Part shown: piece after piece, positions 10,033 through 21,120 of the stretch
How the letters are laid out: every line of letters begins with the position of its first letter
How positions within the stretch are numbered: position 1 is the first letter of the stretch
Translations under genes and position numbers: made by a program
Assembly: GCF_054482595.1 (NCBI RefSeq)
Contig: NZ_CM137008.1
Length of the DNA stretch: 64,000 bases
Reading direction: 5' to 3' (one strand)
Notes under the pieces: generated by a model
Seen by the model: the letters and a program-made list of their open reading frames with translations, nothing else
The model's database searches: none
Told to the model about the DNA's origin: nothing

Positions 10033-11037
10033 TTATTGATTAGCGGCGATAATAAGAACAATACCCACAATGTATGAAATAAACATAGTCAGCAGCAGTT
10101 TATTGGTTCCGGCTGGCGCACTGGCAAATTCTCTCCAGATGAAGACTCCCCAGATCACGGCAATCATTGTGGCACCCTGTCCCAGACCGTAGGAAATGGC
10201 ATAACCCGCCTGACCAGACGCAATCAAACTGAATGCCAGACCGACACACCAAATCATACCGCCCAGCCAGCCGCAAACATGATCCCGTAAACTCCCGGAA
10301 AAATACATTTTCCTGTAGACCGGTTCTCCTGAAATAGGCTTTTTCATGACCAGCGTGTTAAGGACAAAGTTCGACAAAAACAGCCCCACTGCAAACAGAA
10401 CAAGTGCTGAGTACGGCGTCATCAGACCGCTGGCAGGCTGGCTGAAATTGTCAGACATGGAGTCCGCCAGGAAGCGGAAAAACCATCCCATGATGATACC
10501 CGCAAGAATGGCAGTGATGAGGCCTTTGTTACGGCGAGATTTATCCGCCTCCTGCGTGACACGGCCATAGGCTATCGCGGTAAAAATAATGGCGATCACA
10601 ACGCAGGCGACACCGAGGAACAGAATGAGCGGATCGCCCTGCGGATTGCCGATATAGGTGGTGATCACACCCAGAGCCAGTGCCAGCCCCACCCCCACAG
10701 GAAAAGCTACCGCCATACCGGCAAGATTAATAGAAGCCACCAGAAGAATATTGGAAATATTGAAGATAATCCCTGCCAGTATTGCCGACATCAGACTACT
10801 GCTGCTCGCCTGCTGAATATCAGGTATAAAGCTGCGACCGGCTTCGCCCATAGAACCCAGAGTGAAGGCAAATAACAAAGAACACAGCAATAATCCAATT
10901 GAATAATCCCAATAGAATAGAGGGAACTCCCATTTTTTATTACTGACAAGTTTAGTTGTATTCGCCCATGAACCCCAGCAAATCATGGTAATAAAACACA
11001 TTATTATGGCGACAGCATACGATTCCACGATAAACAT
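10033..11037 (-). CDS. Sugar permease (DMT superfamily, RhaT/GlcU-like); candidate 5-deoxyribose/methylthioribose importer of the DHAP shunt cluster
   Basis: 334-aa membrane protein with ~10 transmembrane segments in two repeated halves; last gene of the mtnK-mtnA-ald2 operon on the minus strand. Confidence 0.65.
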   Translation of the reverse strand: MFIVESYAVAIIMCFITMICWGSWANTTKLVSNKKWEFPLFYWDYSIGLLLCSLLFAFTLGSMGEAGRSFIPDIQQASSSSLMSAILAGIIFNISNILLVASINLAGMAVAFPVGVGLALALGVITTYIGNPQGDPLILFLGVACVVIAIIFTAIAYGRVTQEADKSRRNKGLITAILAGIIMGWFFRFLADSMSDNFSQPASGLMTPYSALVLFAVGLFLSNFVLNTLVMKKPISGEPVYRKMYFSGSLRDHVCGWLGGMIWCVGLAFSLIASGQAGYAISYGLGQGATMIAVIWGVFIWREFASAPAGTNKLLLTMFISYIVGIVLIIAANQ

Positions 11038-11140
11038 AAATAACTCCTTGTGGTAGTTACAATCAATCGTTGTGGACAGAGGGCATAACAGCCATTCCTC
11101 GAATGGCTGTTATATGTTATTAATTAAAATAAAGCTGTAA

Positions 11141-11782
11141 TTACGCTTTCAAACCATACGTTTTGAATTTTTCAAGAACGATGGTCATTTCGGCTTCAGA
11201 CAGAACGGGAACATCGTGATGTAATCCGCCACATTTGATGTATAAATCAGCCAGCGTCTCAGTTTCACCCGCCAGCCACAACGTCTTTTCCAGCGTGACG
11301 TCCATGGCCAGCATACCGTGGTGCTGCATCAGTAAGGACTTACTTTCTCTGATTCCTTGAGATACACTGTCGGCCAGTTCAGGGCTGCCAAAGGTATAAT
11401 AGGGAATACAGGGAATATGATCCGTCCCCGATACCGCCACCATATAATGAATAGCCGGAATTGAATGATTATGTATTGCCACCGCCGTGGAATTCACCGC
11501 ATGCGTATGTATGACAGCATTCAATTCTGGTCTGGCTTTATAACACGCCAGATGAAATAGCCATTCACTTGATGGTATTTTACCCGCTTCAGGTATTCCC
11601 TTATCGTCTACAAAGACAATCATGTCCGGCGTCATCTTTGAATAAGCGATCCCACTCGGTGTAATCAACATGCCACCGGTATATCTGGCACTCACATTAC
11701 CTGATGTTCCTTGATTCAGACCTGACGCATTCATTTCCCGACAAATGGAAATGATATTTTCTGCTAACTTAATCCTTTCCAT
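11141..11782 (-). CDS. ald2: Class II aldolase (fuculose-1-P aldolase family); 5-deoxyribulose-1-P / 5-methylthioribulose-1-P aldolase of the DHAP shunt
   Basis: 213-aa class II aldolase/adducin-fold protein with metal-binding His motifs (HTHAVNSTAVA...QHHG); directly downstream of mtnA and mtnK homologues. Confidence 0.8.
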   Translation of the reverse strand: MERIKLAENIISICREMNASGLNQGTSGNVSARYTGGMLITPSGIAYSKMTPDMIVFVDDKGIPEAGKIPSSEWLFHLACYKARPELNAVIHTHAVNSTAVAIHNHSIPAIHYMVAVSGTDHIPCIPYYTFGSPELADSVSQGIRESKSLLMQHHGMLAMDVTLEKTLWLAGETETLADLYIKCGGLHHDVPVLSEAEMTIVLEKFKTYGLKA

Positions 11783-11812
11783 TACTGCTCCTTAACAGAA
11801 GTGATCGTCGTT

Positions 11813-12928
11813 TTAATGCAGCTCGTCCTGGAGTGCTTTACTCTTCAGGTCAGCAAACATATCCGCCAGAGCTGACTTACTGGCAGCACAGACTCCCCGT
11901 TCAGTAATGAGGCCGGTAATGTATCGGGCAGGCGTGACGTCGAAAGCGTAGTTCCCACAACGGGTTCCTTCAGGGGCGGTATTGACCCAGCTCAATTCTC
12001 CCTGAGTATTTATCCCATAGACATGGGACTGCTCTTTTCCGTCACGTTGCTCAATCGGAATGGTTTTTCCGTCCTCGATAGTCCAGTCAATAGTGGGAGA
12101 AGGTAACGCGACGTAGAAGGGAACATGGTTATCATGGGCCGCCAGCGCCTTAAGATAGGTACCAATTTTATTACAGACATCCCCTCTGGCCGTGGTTCGA
12201 TCGGTCCCCACTATACAGAGATCAACGTCACCGTGTTGCATCAGGTGGCCACCCGCATTGTCGGCAATCAGGGTGTGAGGAATACCGTGTGAACCCAGTT
12301 CAAATGCCGTGAGTCCACCCTGATTACGTGGCCGCGTTTCATCCACCCAGACGTGAACAGGGATTCCGTTTTCATGCGCTTTATAGATGGGAGAAAGCGC
12401 GGTTCCCCAGTCTACAGTCGCCAGCCAGCCTGCGTTACAATGTGTCAGGATATTGACCACACTCCCGGCCGATTTTTTCTGGGCTATTTCGCGGATGACT
12501 TCTGCACCATGTAATCCAATTTGTTCACACAACGCGACATCTTCCTCGGCAATTTCTGCCGCCAGCGCCCAGGCCACATCCTTGCGCTCTGATACACAGA
12601 GATCCTTCAGTGTGGCTATCATCCTGTCGAGAGCCCATTTGAGGTTAATTGCAGTTGGTCGGGTTTTGATAAGAAGGTCATAGTAACGCTGCAGACCTAC
12701 GTCACTGGCATTGTGGTTCATTCCCAGTGCGATACCATATGCCGCAACGACACCAATAAGCGGGGCGCCACGAACCCACATCTCCTGAATAGCCGCAGCG
12801 GCCATTTCCGCAGAGGTAAGCGCCACCACTTCAAACTTAAAAGGCAGCTTAGTCTGATCGATGATCTCTACCGCTTTTCCATCCCCGGAAACCCAGACCG
12901 TTCGGTAGTGTTTACCTTTAATATTCAT
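11813..12928 (-). CDS. mtnA: 5-methylthioribose-1-phosphate (5-deoxyribose-1-P) isomerase
   Basis: 371-aa eIF-2B alpha/beta/delta-family protein ([39 protein letters not shown]) typical of MtnA. Confidence 0.85.
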   Translation of the reverse strand: MNIKGKHYRTVWVSGDGKAVEIIDQTKLPFKFEVVALTSAEMAAAAIQEMWVRGAPLIGVVAAYGIALGMNHNASDVGLQRYYDLLIKTRPTAINLKWALDRMIATLKDLCVSERKDVAWALAAEIAEEDVALCEQIGLHGAEVIREIAQKKSAGSVVNILTHCNAGWLATVDWGTALSPIYKAHENGIPVHVWVDETRPRNQGGLTAFELGSHGIPHTLIADNAGGHLMQHGDVDLCIVGTDRTTARGDVCNKIGTYLKALAAHDNHVPFYVALPSPTIDWTIEDGKTIPIEQRDGKEQSHVYGINTQGELSWVNTAPEGTRCGNYAFDVTPARYITGLITERGVCAASKSALADMFADLKSKALQDELH

Positions 12929-12937
12929 AATGACCTC

Positions 12938-14197
12938 TTACTTAACCTTCGCAGACTGGATGACGGAGTCCATATTTTTAAACTGGCGGGCATTGACAAT
13001 AAGATCGCGCGCCATGGTCAATGCACGTCGTTCACATTCTGCGCGAAGCTCTGTATTTTCAATCTGTTTCAGCTCGGCAACGCCAGCAAAACCAATGATC
13101 CGGCGATTCATTTCCATGCCGGCATTCACCAGGGAATCTTCAAGCAGCGTGGCAAAAAACTGATCCTGTGCGTCCTCAAGAGCGGCCCTGTTCTGTTGAT
13201 ACATTTCTGTCGGCCACGCGTCACCCTGTGTTTTGTTGTCCCAGAGCTGGCGGAACTCCCGGGTGAAAACTGACCAGGTGTGGACAATCTGCTGAAGTAG
13301 CCATTCCTGATAGTCAGCGCGACGTTGCTCATTTGCATCCCACCCAGGGCGTGAGAAGAACGCCAGCAGGAGGTTGCCAATATAGTTGCCGATATCAAAC
13401 GCCATTGGTCCCATGAAACCGAACTCCGGATCAATCACTTTGGTATCCGTGTCGGTCACCATGATTGAGCCTGAATGAAGGTCACCATGTAACAATGCCT
13501 GCGCTTCTGTCATAAATTTGTACTTATAACGCATGGCAACCTGGAGCATCTCTACATCAGCCCAGGCCTTATGGACGGCATCGTCCAGCTCAGGAGAAGT
13601 CCAGTTATTCCGTTCCGCGTTGTAATAGGGCTCTGTGAAGATCAGATCTTCCGTAATTTTGCACAGCTCATGATTTAACGCGAACTCAGCAGTAAGCGCT
13701 TTTTTCTGTTCTGCTGACATGCCAATGTCAGACGTATTAAAGAGAGTCTGTGCTAAAAATCTGCCGATATCTTCAGCTAGCTTAGGGAATTTTTTACCGT
13801 TAATCAGTCCCTTACGCAGAATTACGTGAGGCGTCAAATACTCCATGGCAAACAGTGCCATTTCCGGGTCATAAAAATAGACCTGGGGAATCAGTGTGTG
13901 ACCCGCGTACTTGGCTTCCTGACATAAGACGTTGTACTCAAAGCCCGCACGGCTCAGAGATAAAGGCCATCCTTCGCCCCCTGCACGAAGCCAGGGCAGA
14001 GCTTGTTTTACAATGATGGTTTTATGTGTCCCCTTAACGATAAACACCATGTTCAGGTTTCCGTCCCCCACTTCTGAAACTTTCCACTCTTCTGGTAACC
14101 CTCCCGGTTCGCATGAAGGGGTCAGTCTGGACGAGAGATAACCAGGCAGCGTGTCACATGTCAGCGGCTTGTAACCTGATGGAATTGAATCCGTCAT
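12938..14197 (-). CDS. mtnK: 5-methylthioribose / 5-deoxyribose kinase
   Basis: 419-aa protein-kinase-like fold with MtnK hallmarks (EVGDGNLNMVF, HGDLHSGSIMV, KVIDPEFGFMGP). Confidence 0.85.
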   Translation of the reverse strand: MTDSIPSGYKPLTCDTLPGYLSSRLTPSCEPGGLPEEWKVSEVGDGNLNMVFIVKGTHKTIIVKQALPWLRAGGEGWPLSLSRAGFEYNVLCQEAKYAGHTLIPQVYFYDPEMALFAMEYLTPHVILRKGLINGKKFPKLAEDIGRFLAQTLFNTSDIGMSAEQKKALTAEFALNHELCKITEDLIFTEPYYNAERNNWTSPELDDAVHKAWADVEMLQVAMRYKYKFMTEAQALLHGDLHSGSIMVTDTDTKVIDPEFGFMGPMAFDIGNYIGNLLLAFFSRPGWDANEQRRADYQEWLLQQIVHTWSVFTREFRQLWDNKTQGDAWPTEMYQQNRAALEDAQDQFFATLLEDSLVNAGMEMNRRIIGFAGVAELKQIENTELRAECERRALTMARDLIVNARQFKNMDSVIQSAKVK

Positions 14198-14711
14198 AAC
14201 AGTTCTCCTTGTCTACACAGAATGATAACTGACTTATCATATGGCAACTATACTTTATCATGTGTAAAGTAATTTGTGATGCATGTAGATTTTTTGAACT
14301 GGAGAAAATTAAAAATAATGTTGTATGGAGTCATGATCTTTACAGGAATTAGTAGGGTGCATTCCTGTTATTTATATAAAATTCATTGTATTACATAAAA
14401 ATGACGGTGCTGCGCGGGGAATTGTCTCGGGCAATCTTAGACGAAAGGAAGTATTGAAGTGACAGAATAATCTACATTTTTTATACATGTGTATTTTTCT
14501 GTTGTCTTTTGTTTTTAGCGTATGGTGTTTTTATGCCGATGTCTAATAGACAGATAGATTCGAGGGCCAACAGCCCCATTATCATGATGGAGCAACAGAG
14601 GTGAGTCTAACGTTTCCGTACTTCTTATCGATCGGCACTAACAATCCTTTGTGATAACGGTATTCCCACACAGAGAAACCCACGTACCTGAATAAAAAAA
14701 AGATTACTGGT

Positions 14712-15130
14712 GTGGAAATGGGATTAACAGATTATGCCATCAAATCGGATGGTAATGAGGTCAATAATCCTCGTCATCTCATTAACGTCAACTGTAATCT
14801 GCGACGCAAATTAGCCAGCATGATGAATAACAAACACAATCTGGCAAGAGCGTTAGGTGATGCTGATTGGCACGGCTTTATCAACAAACTGGAGTACAAG
14901 GCAGCCGAAAAAGGCGTTCATCTGGTAAAAATCGACCAGTAGTTTGTCTGTTCGAAAAGCTGCTATTGTTGTGGTTACAAAATGTCGCTTCAAAAACGGA
15001 TCTGGCGATGCCCTGAATGCGGTGTTGAACATGACCGGGATATAAATGCGGCAATCAACATAAAACTTAAAGACATACAGGAATTAAAGGCGGCGGGCCC
15101 CGTCGTCTCTGTCTATGGAGGAGCTGCGTA
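14712..15130 (+). pseudogene. tnpB: IS200/IS605-family TnpB C-terminal remnant with an in-frame TAG stop
   Basis: Single reading frame gives ...AEKGVHLVKIDQ*FVCSKSCYCCGYKMSLQKRIWRCPECGVEHDRDINAAINIKL...; the zinc-finger and RuvC-III region of TnpB is present, the N-terminal ~2/3 is absent, and there is an in-frame TAG at 14940-14942. Confidence 0.7.
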
Positions 15131-15395
15131 AACCCGTCGTACAGACGGTTGCAGCCTGAAAAGTGGGAAGGCCTTGCCCGATTGGGCGGGGAGTAGTCAC
15201 CCTTGGAGTCATTTTTATCCGGTGTATTAATATGCTCCTAATAGTTAATCTGGTTATAATATTTTTTTTTTGATTATGATCACGAAAATATCTCGGTTTT
15301 TATTTGCAAAACTTGAAACGTGAATCCAAAAAAGATAAATATTTGTCCGCAGTGACTTCTTTTCTGTTGAAAAGTTCAATCTAAAGGGCAAAAAA

Positions 15396-16508
15396 ATGAA
15401 AAAAATTACAGTGGCACTTTCTGTGGTTGCGGCATCTGTTCTGATGGCAATGTCTGCACAAGCGGCAGAAATCTATAACAAAGACGGTAACAAACTGGAT
15501 CTGTACGGCAAAGTTAATGCAGAGCATTACTTCTCTTCTTCAGCTAGTGATGACGGGGATAAAACTTATGCTCGTATGGGTTTCAAAGGTGAAACTCAGA
15601 TTAATGACCAGTTAACCGGTTTTGGTCAGTGGGAGTACGAATTTAAAGGTAACCGTACTGAAACTGAAGGTTCTGATAAAGATAAAACTCGTCTTGCGTT
15701 TGCAGGGCTTCGCTTTGGCGATTATGGTTCGCTCGACTATGGTCGCAACTACGGTGTAGCTTATGATGTTGGCGCTTGGACTGACGTGCTGCCGGAGTTT
15801 GGTGGAGATACCTGGACTCAGACTGATGTATTTATGACCCAGCGTGCTACTGGCGTAGCGACCTATCGTAACAATGATTTCTTCGGCTTGGTTGATGGTC
15901 TGAACTTTGCTTTGCAGTATCAAGGTAAAAATGATAGTGCTGCAAAAGTGAATAACTGGAAAGGCCGTGACGAAGTTGAATCTAATGGTGATGGCTTTGG
16001 TCTGTCAGCTACTTACGATTATGAGGGATTTGGCGTTGCTGCAACCTATGCAAAATCTGACCGTACTGATGGGCAGGTATCCTATGCTAAAGACAGCCCT
16101 CTGAATGCCTCTGGTAAAACTGCTGAAGTATGGGCTACGGGCCTGAAATATGATGCAAACAACATTTACCTGGCTGCAACTTATTCTGAAACTCAGAATA
16201 TGACAGTCTTCGGTGATGACCATATCGCAAACAAAGCGAAAAACTTTGAAGCTGTTGCTCAATACCAGTTTGATTTCGGCTTGCGTCCGTCCATCGCTTA
16301 CCTACACTCTCGCGGTGAAAATATTGGTGCGTTCGGTAACCAGGATCTAGTTGAATACATCGACGTAGGTGCGACTTATTACTTCAACAAAAATATGTCC
16401 GCTTTCGTTGACTACAAGATCAACCTGATTGATGAAAGTGAATTTACCAAAGCATCTGAGGTTGCAACCGACAACATCGTTGCTGTTGGTATGACCTACC
16501 AATTCTAA
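15396..16508 (+). CDS. Outer-membrane general porin, OmpC/OmpF/PhoE family paralogue
   Basis: Signal peptide followed by [17 protein letters not shown], conserved porin motifs ([25 protein letters not shown]) and C-terminal ...VAVGMTYQF; a Rho-independent terminator follows. Confidence 0.9.
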   Translation: MKKITVALSVVAASVLMAMSAQAAEIYNKDGNKLDLYGKVNAEHYFSSSASDDGDKTYARMGFKGETQINDQLTGFGQWEYEFKGNRTETEGSDKDKTRLAFAGLRFGDYGSLDYGRNYGVAYDVGAWTDVLPEFGGDTWTQTDVFMTQRATGVATYRNNDFFGLVDGLNFALQYQGKNDSAAKVNNWKGRDEVESNGDGFGLSATYDYEGFGVAATYAKSDRTDGQVSYAKDSPLNASGKTAEVWATGLKYDANNIYLAATYSETQNMTVFGDDHIANKAKNFEAVAQYQFDFGLRPSIAYLHSRGENIGAFGNQDLVEYIDVGATYYFNKNMSAFVDYKINLIDESEFTKASEVATDNIVAVGMTYQF

Positions 16509-16663
16509 TTTTGGTAGGTAAGAATATGCGGGAAGGGAGTGATGTCACTGCCCGCATATAGGTGGCACCCTCATGCCACCTTTGAAGAGGCAATTTTATT
16601 GCCTCTTCTCAATTTAACTTCATGTTATTTATTACCCTTTTATTGATTTGAAACTCTATTGTT

Positions 16664-16690
16664 GGGGCGCTTTGTTGCGCCCATTTTTTT
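16664..16690 (+). terminator. Rho-independent terminator downstream of the porin gene
   Basis: GGGGCGC-tttgtt-GCGCCCC stem-loop followed by ATTTTTTT; a second perfect hairpin GAAGAGGCAA-tttta-TTGCCTCTTC lies at 16584-16608. Confidence 0.7.
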
Positions 16691-16742
16691 ACACCAATTA
16701 GGTAAAGTTATTTTTAAGTAATCGAGCAACTTGATCCTACCC

Positions 16743-17975
16743 ACGTAATGTGGACACGGCCCTAAGCGAGATTATGGTTTTCAAATTGTTCCGGGCTGAG
16801 ACCGCCACAGGCACTGTGACGACGCCAGCGATTGTAATCACACTCGATATAATTAAACACCGTTGCCCGCATTATTTCCCGGCTGCTAAAGCGTTCCCCG
16901 TGGATACATTCCACCTTCAGCGAATGAAAGAAGCTTTCCACACAGGCATTGTCATAACAGTAGCCTTTCGCACTCATACTGCCACGCAGGTTGTGTCGCT
17001 TCAGCAGCGCCTGATAATCCCCTGAACAGTATTGACCACCACGGTCCGTATGAACAATGACGCTTTCCGGGCGTCTTCTCCGCCACAACGCCATTTGCAG
17101 TGCATCACAGGCCAGTTGTGCTGTCATTCGCGGTGACATCGACCAGCCAATGACGGCGCGTGACCACAGGTCGATGACTACTGCGAGATACAACCAGCCC
17201 TCATCGGTACGCAAGTACGTGATGTCACCCGCCCACTTCTGGTTCGGGCCACTGGCGCTGAAGTCCTGCTCCAGCAGATTCTCCAATACGGGCAGACCAT
17301 GTGCACGGTAGCTGACCGGGCTGAACTTCCGGCTGGCTTTCGCCCGCAGCCCCTGACGACGCAGGCTGGCGGCAATGGTTTTAATATTGAACTCCGGCAG
17401 TTCGTCAGCAAGGCGGGGATCACCGTATCGCTGCTTTGCCTCAAAGAATGCCTTATGGACAGCGGCATCGCAGGTGAGCCGAAACTGTTGGCGCAGGCTC
17501 ATCTGGTGACGACGCCTGAGCCAGACATACCAGCCGCTGCGGGCAACCCGAAGTACACGACACATCGCTTTGATGCTGAACTCTGCCCGATGATTTTCGA
17601 TGAAGACATACTTCATTTCAGGCGCTTCGCGAAGTATGTCGCGGCCTTTTGGAGGATGGCCAGTTCCTCAGCCTGCTCCGCCAGTTGTCGTTTAAGGCGG
17701 ACATTTTCAGCGGCCAGTTCGCTTTCGCGCTCTGACGAACTCATTTGTTGCTGCTGTTTACTGCGCCAGGCATAAAGCTGAGATTCATACAGGCTGAGTT
17801 CACGGGCTGCGGCGGCCACACCGATGCGTTCAGCGAGTTTCAGGGCTTCGTTACGAAATTCAGGCGTATGTTGTTTACGGGGTTTCTTGCTGATTGATAC
17901 TGGTTTTGTCATGAGTCACCTCTGGTTGAGAGTTTACTCACTTAGTCCTGTGTCCACTATTGGTGGGTAAGATCA
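16743..17975 (-). mobile_element. IS3-family insertion sequence (IS3-like), ~1.23 kb, orfA/orfB with overlapping frames
   Basis: Terminal inverted repeats TGATCCTACCCACGTAATGTGGACAC (left) and GTGGACACAGGACTAAGTGAGTAAACT...TGATC (right, reverse strand); OrfA (17613-17912) is IS3 InsE-like and OrfB (16762-17616) has the DDE integrase core; the two ORFs overlap as expected for a -1 frameshift. Confidence 0.9.
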
Positions 17976-18244
17976 CGGCGGGGTTAGGTGCGTGCGCTGA
18001 ACAAAATGACGAAGGTAGGAATGCCAGAAAGCGTGCGTATTGCCTGACGGTAGCAACCAGCTGAAGGGATGCTTATCCCCAAACCTGATTTATTCAACAA
18101 AGCCGCTATAGCCTTACCAGAACAATCACCACCTCCCCTGGAGGTGGTCAAGAATACAGCTCTGGCGAGCCGCATACCTTTAATTACCTGCTCTGATTAG
18201 ATAAATCAGATGCAGGTACATAAGTATGCCAGCATTATATGCAA

Positions 18245-19435
18245 TTAACGTTTCCGTCCTGGAAATACAAATAGTGCAATAACGGGAGATATTACCATCA
18301 GAACAAAAACATAGGTAAATCCAAGTGTAAATCCGCCTGTTAGATCGACCGACCAGCCAATTAACTGACTGTTTATCGTTGCCAAAATAAATGTACAAAC
18401 CCAGAAGGTGGACATTGAATAAGTAACAGTTTGGGTATTCGCATTTTTTTGTTCTTCTTTTGGAATGGAGAAGATGAATGCAAACCAGGTGGCAAAAATA
18501 GAACCCGTCAAAAACGAACAAACCAATATAACGATATCATTAGTGGCAAATAACATTGCAAAGGTTGTAATAGCCATAAAGATACTGGAAATAAATAGCC
18601 ATGATTTATAATTATACCCACGGTTTTTAAAGTACGGCCCCATCAATGCACCAAGTAAAATTCCCACCTGATTGACTGTGCCACTCAAGTGAGCACAGGA
18701 GTCAGGGGGAAGATTAGCATATTTTGCATAGTACAGAGGCAGAAATGTGAACATAAAAATCATCATGATCATTGCCCCAGCATACTGAATAATCATTCCC
18801 CAGACAATACGATTAAACAATACATCCTTTAATACAGATATTCGCTGTTCATAACTTATAGATATATGGCTATTCTGTTGTTGCTCTTCATCCGTGAAAC
18901 ATATTATCCAGACAACCCCCAATATTAACGTAATTATTCCATAGATAGCTAACAGATTACGCCACCCGTTGAACAGCAGTGATAAATAACCTGCCAATGT
19001 CAATGCAATAATTGTACCGATAATATTTGAAGTGCAATTTATACTATTTAATGTTGACGCCATTTTGTTATCGAAAAAGCGAGCAACCGTGGGCACCAGT
19101 GATACAAGGCAAATAGCCCCCCCCAGCCCACCAAGAAAACGAATAATCAATAACAAAGTAAAGTTATTAATAAATGGAATGAGCAAGGAGCTCCCAATCA
19201 TTATACATCCAAGAAAATAGGATTTTCGGGTGCCGAGCCGGGAAACAAAGACTGCAGTACAAACAGCTCCCACAATTTTAGCCCATAAAATTACATTTGA
19301 CATCAATGCAGCATGTGATACATCAACATTAAAATCACTCATAATTTGTGGCATTACGGCCCCTGTCGTAGCCCAGGCGGCACCAAATACCATATAAACG
19401 GTGTAAAGAATGAATTCAATGACCCATTTTTTCAT
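18245..19435 (-). CDS. MFS transporter
   Basis: 396-aa protein with ~12 predicted transmembrane helices; low-GC codon usage; start overlaps the stop of the upstream peptidase gene by 4 nt. Confidence 0.7.
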   Translation of the reverse strand: MKKWVIEFILYTVYMVFGAAWATTGAVMPQIMSDFNVDVSHAALMSNVILWAKIVGAVCTAVFVSRLGTRKSYFLGCIMIGSSLLIPFINNFTLLLIIRFLGGLGGAICLVSLVPTVARFFDNKMASTLNSINCTSNIIGTIIALTLAGYLSLLFNGWRNLLAIYGIITLILGVVWIICFTDEEQQQNSHISISYEQRISVLKDVLFNRIVWGMIIQYAGAMIMMIFMFTFLPLYYAKYANLPPDSCAHLSGTVNQVGILLGALMGPYFKNRGYNYKSWLFISSIFMAITTFAMLFATNDIVILVCSFLTGSIFATWFAFIFSIPKEEQKNANTQTVTYSMSTFWVCTFILATINSQLIGWSVDLTGGFTLGFTYVFVLMVISPVIALFVFPGRKR

Positions 19436-20685
19436 TTTTGTACCTCAGGGACACTTAGCTCAACCATTTCCAGCAGCATTTCACTGGCAAGACGCAGGGA
19501 TTCCACAGGCAAAAACTCTCTGGTTGAGTGAAAATTGTGCGCCCCTGTAAATATATTAATAGTAGGCAGCCCTTTTGGGGTGATGACGCTACCATCATAA
19601 CCACCGCGCATAATCAGTGGTTTTGGTGTAATGCCAAGGTTACGCATTGCCTTTCTAACGTTATCTAAGATTGCAGGTGTTTTATCAAGCGCTGGTTTGA
19701 CATTTTCATATATATCGGTTAACACTAATGTTATTCTTTCACTCTTCCAGCGCTGATTAATACTCTTAACAATGTTCTCGAGTACGGCTTTACGTTGTTT
19801 ATATCCTGTTAACTCAAAGTCCCGAATAGCAATATCAAGCGTGGCGCTGGCTGTATCACCATGGAGATTATGGACCCAATAATATCCTTCCCGTTTTTCA
19901 GTATGCTCAGGCCTTTCTTTTTCAGGTAATGCGGCGATAATTTCCGTTGCTATACACAACGCATTAACAAGCTTACCTTTAGCACTCATTGGATGTGCTG
20001 TAACACCACGAACTGTAATTCGTGCACTACCTGCATACCAGTTTTCAACAACATATTCTCCAATCTCACAACAGTCGAGACAGATACCAAAATCAGAATT
20101 CAGTTCACCAACATCAAGCGCTTTTGCCCCTCTGATACCGGTCTCCTCATCAGGCAAAAGAACAAGACGAATATCACCATGAGAAAAGGAGGGTGTATTA
20201 ATCATATATTTGAGAGCTTCAACACCTGCTGCAATGGCAGCTTTGTCGTCAGCCCCCAGCAAGCTGGTGCCATCAGTTACAATAATATCCTGACCGATAT
20301 AGTTGAGTAGTTCTGGATTATCCTGTGGGGATAGTTTTTCCACACTCCCTGCAAACGGTATAGCACCTCCGTTATACTTTTTCACTCGGAAAGCATGTGT
20401 ATCTGTACTGTGGTCCGGAGCTGTATCAAGGTGTGCAAAGAATACGATAGAAGGTGCATCAGGAATATTAGCGGGTAAATGAATTGTGGCAATAGCATTT
20501 TCTTTTATGCTTGTTTGTACCTCTGGAACATCAGAAAATTGATTTACAACATATTCTGCCAGTTTATATTGATTTTTACAGCTTGGAAGCTCCTTGCTAC
20601 CATCAACCGATGTCGTATTTATTTTTGTGTAATATAAAAAAGTCTCAATTATTTTCTCTAAGTCAATGCGTTTTTTCATGATCAT
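19432..20685 (-). CDS. M20-family metallopeptidase, peptidase T (tripeptidase)-like
   Basis: 417-aa protein with M20 metal-binding and catalytic motifs (FFAHLDTAPD, LGADDKAAIAAGVEAL, LLPDEETG); low GC. Confidence 0.75.
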   Translation of the reverse strand: MIMKKRIDLEKIIETFLYYTKINTTSVDGSKELPSCKNQYKLAEYVVNQFSDVPEVQTSIKENAIATIHLPANIPDAPSIVFFAHLDTAPDHSTDTHAFRVKKYNGGAIPFAGSVEKLSPQDNPELLNYIGQDIIVTDGTSLLGADDKAAIAAGVEALKYMINTPSFSHGDIRLVLLPDEETGIRGAKALDVGELNSDFGICLDCCEIGEYVVENWYAGSARITVRGVTAHPMSAKGKLVNALCIATEIIAALPEKERPEHTEKREGYYWVHNLHGDTASATLDIAIRDFELTGYKQRKAVLENIVKSINQRWKSERITLVLTDIYENVKPALDKTPAILDNVRKAMRNLGITPKPLIMRGGYDGSVITPKGLPTINIFTGAHNFHSTREFLPVESLRLASEMLLEMVELSVPEVQK

Positions 20686-20889
20686 ATACCTAATTGTTTA
20701 CTATCAATATCCTGACTATCTATATTTAGATAATATCCTGCAAAAATTAGTGAGTATAGAAAAGGTCGTCAGTTCCTGACTGGTAAATGTCCCTTCGAGA
20801 TTTATTAGAGTCATAATTTGCCTCATCCCAATACAAAAAACAATACGAAAGTATGAAAAAGTGTAGTGATCAACAAAATATTGCCACGT

Positions 20890-20967
20890 TTGTTTCGGTG
20901 TTATTGGAGAGGTTTTTGGTGTTTTGTCCTTACGAGCATCACGCAGTTGTTTGCCCCATCTTGTCAT
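20890..20967 (-). pseudogene. IS911-like OrfA fragment
   Basis: Translation [26 protein letters not shown] matches the central region of IS911-type OrfA; the rest of the ORF is not transposase-like. Confidence 0.45.
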
Positions 20968-21120
20968 CGTGGAAAGGCGACATCAATAGCTTGGTGTAAC
21001 TCTGGTCAACAACCAGTTGCACGGAGTTGCATATGAATTCAGGAGCTTTTCACTGGTGCACCTATATTGGCATATCTGAACCGCCCCGGAAATCCTGGAG
21101 ACTAAACTCTCTGAGAAAGA

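Noticed and set aside
12713-13273. 186-aa plus-strand ORF spanning the mtnA/mtnK junction
   Set aside because: It overlaps two well-supported minus-strand genes and has no domain signature; considered a shadow ORF.
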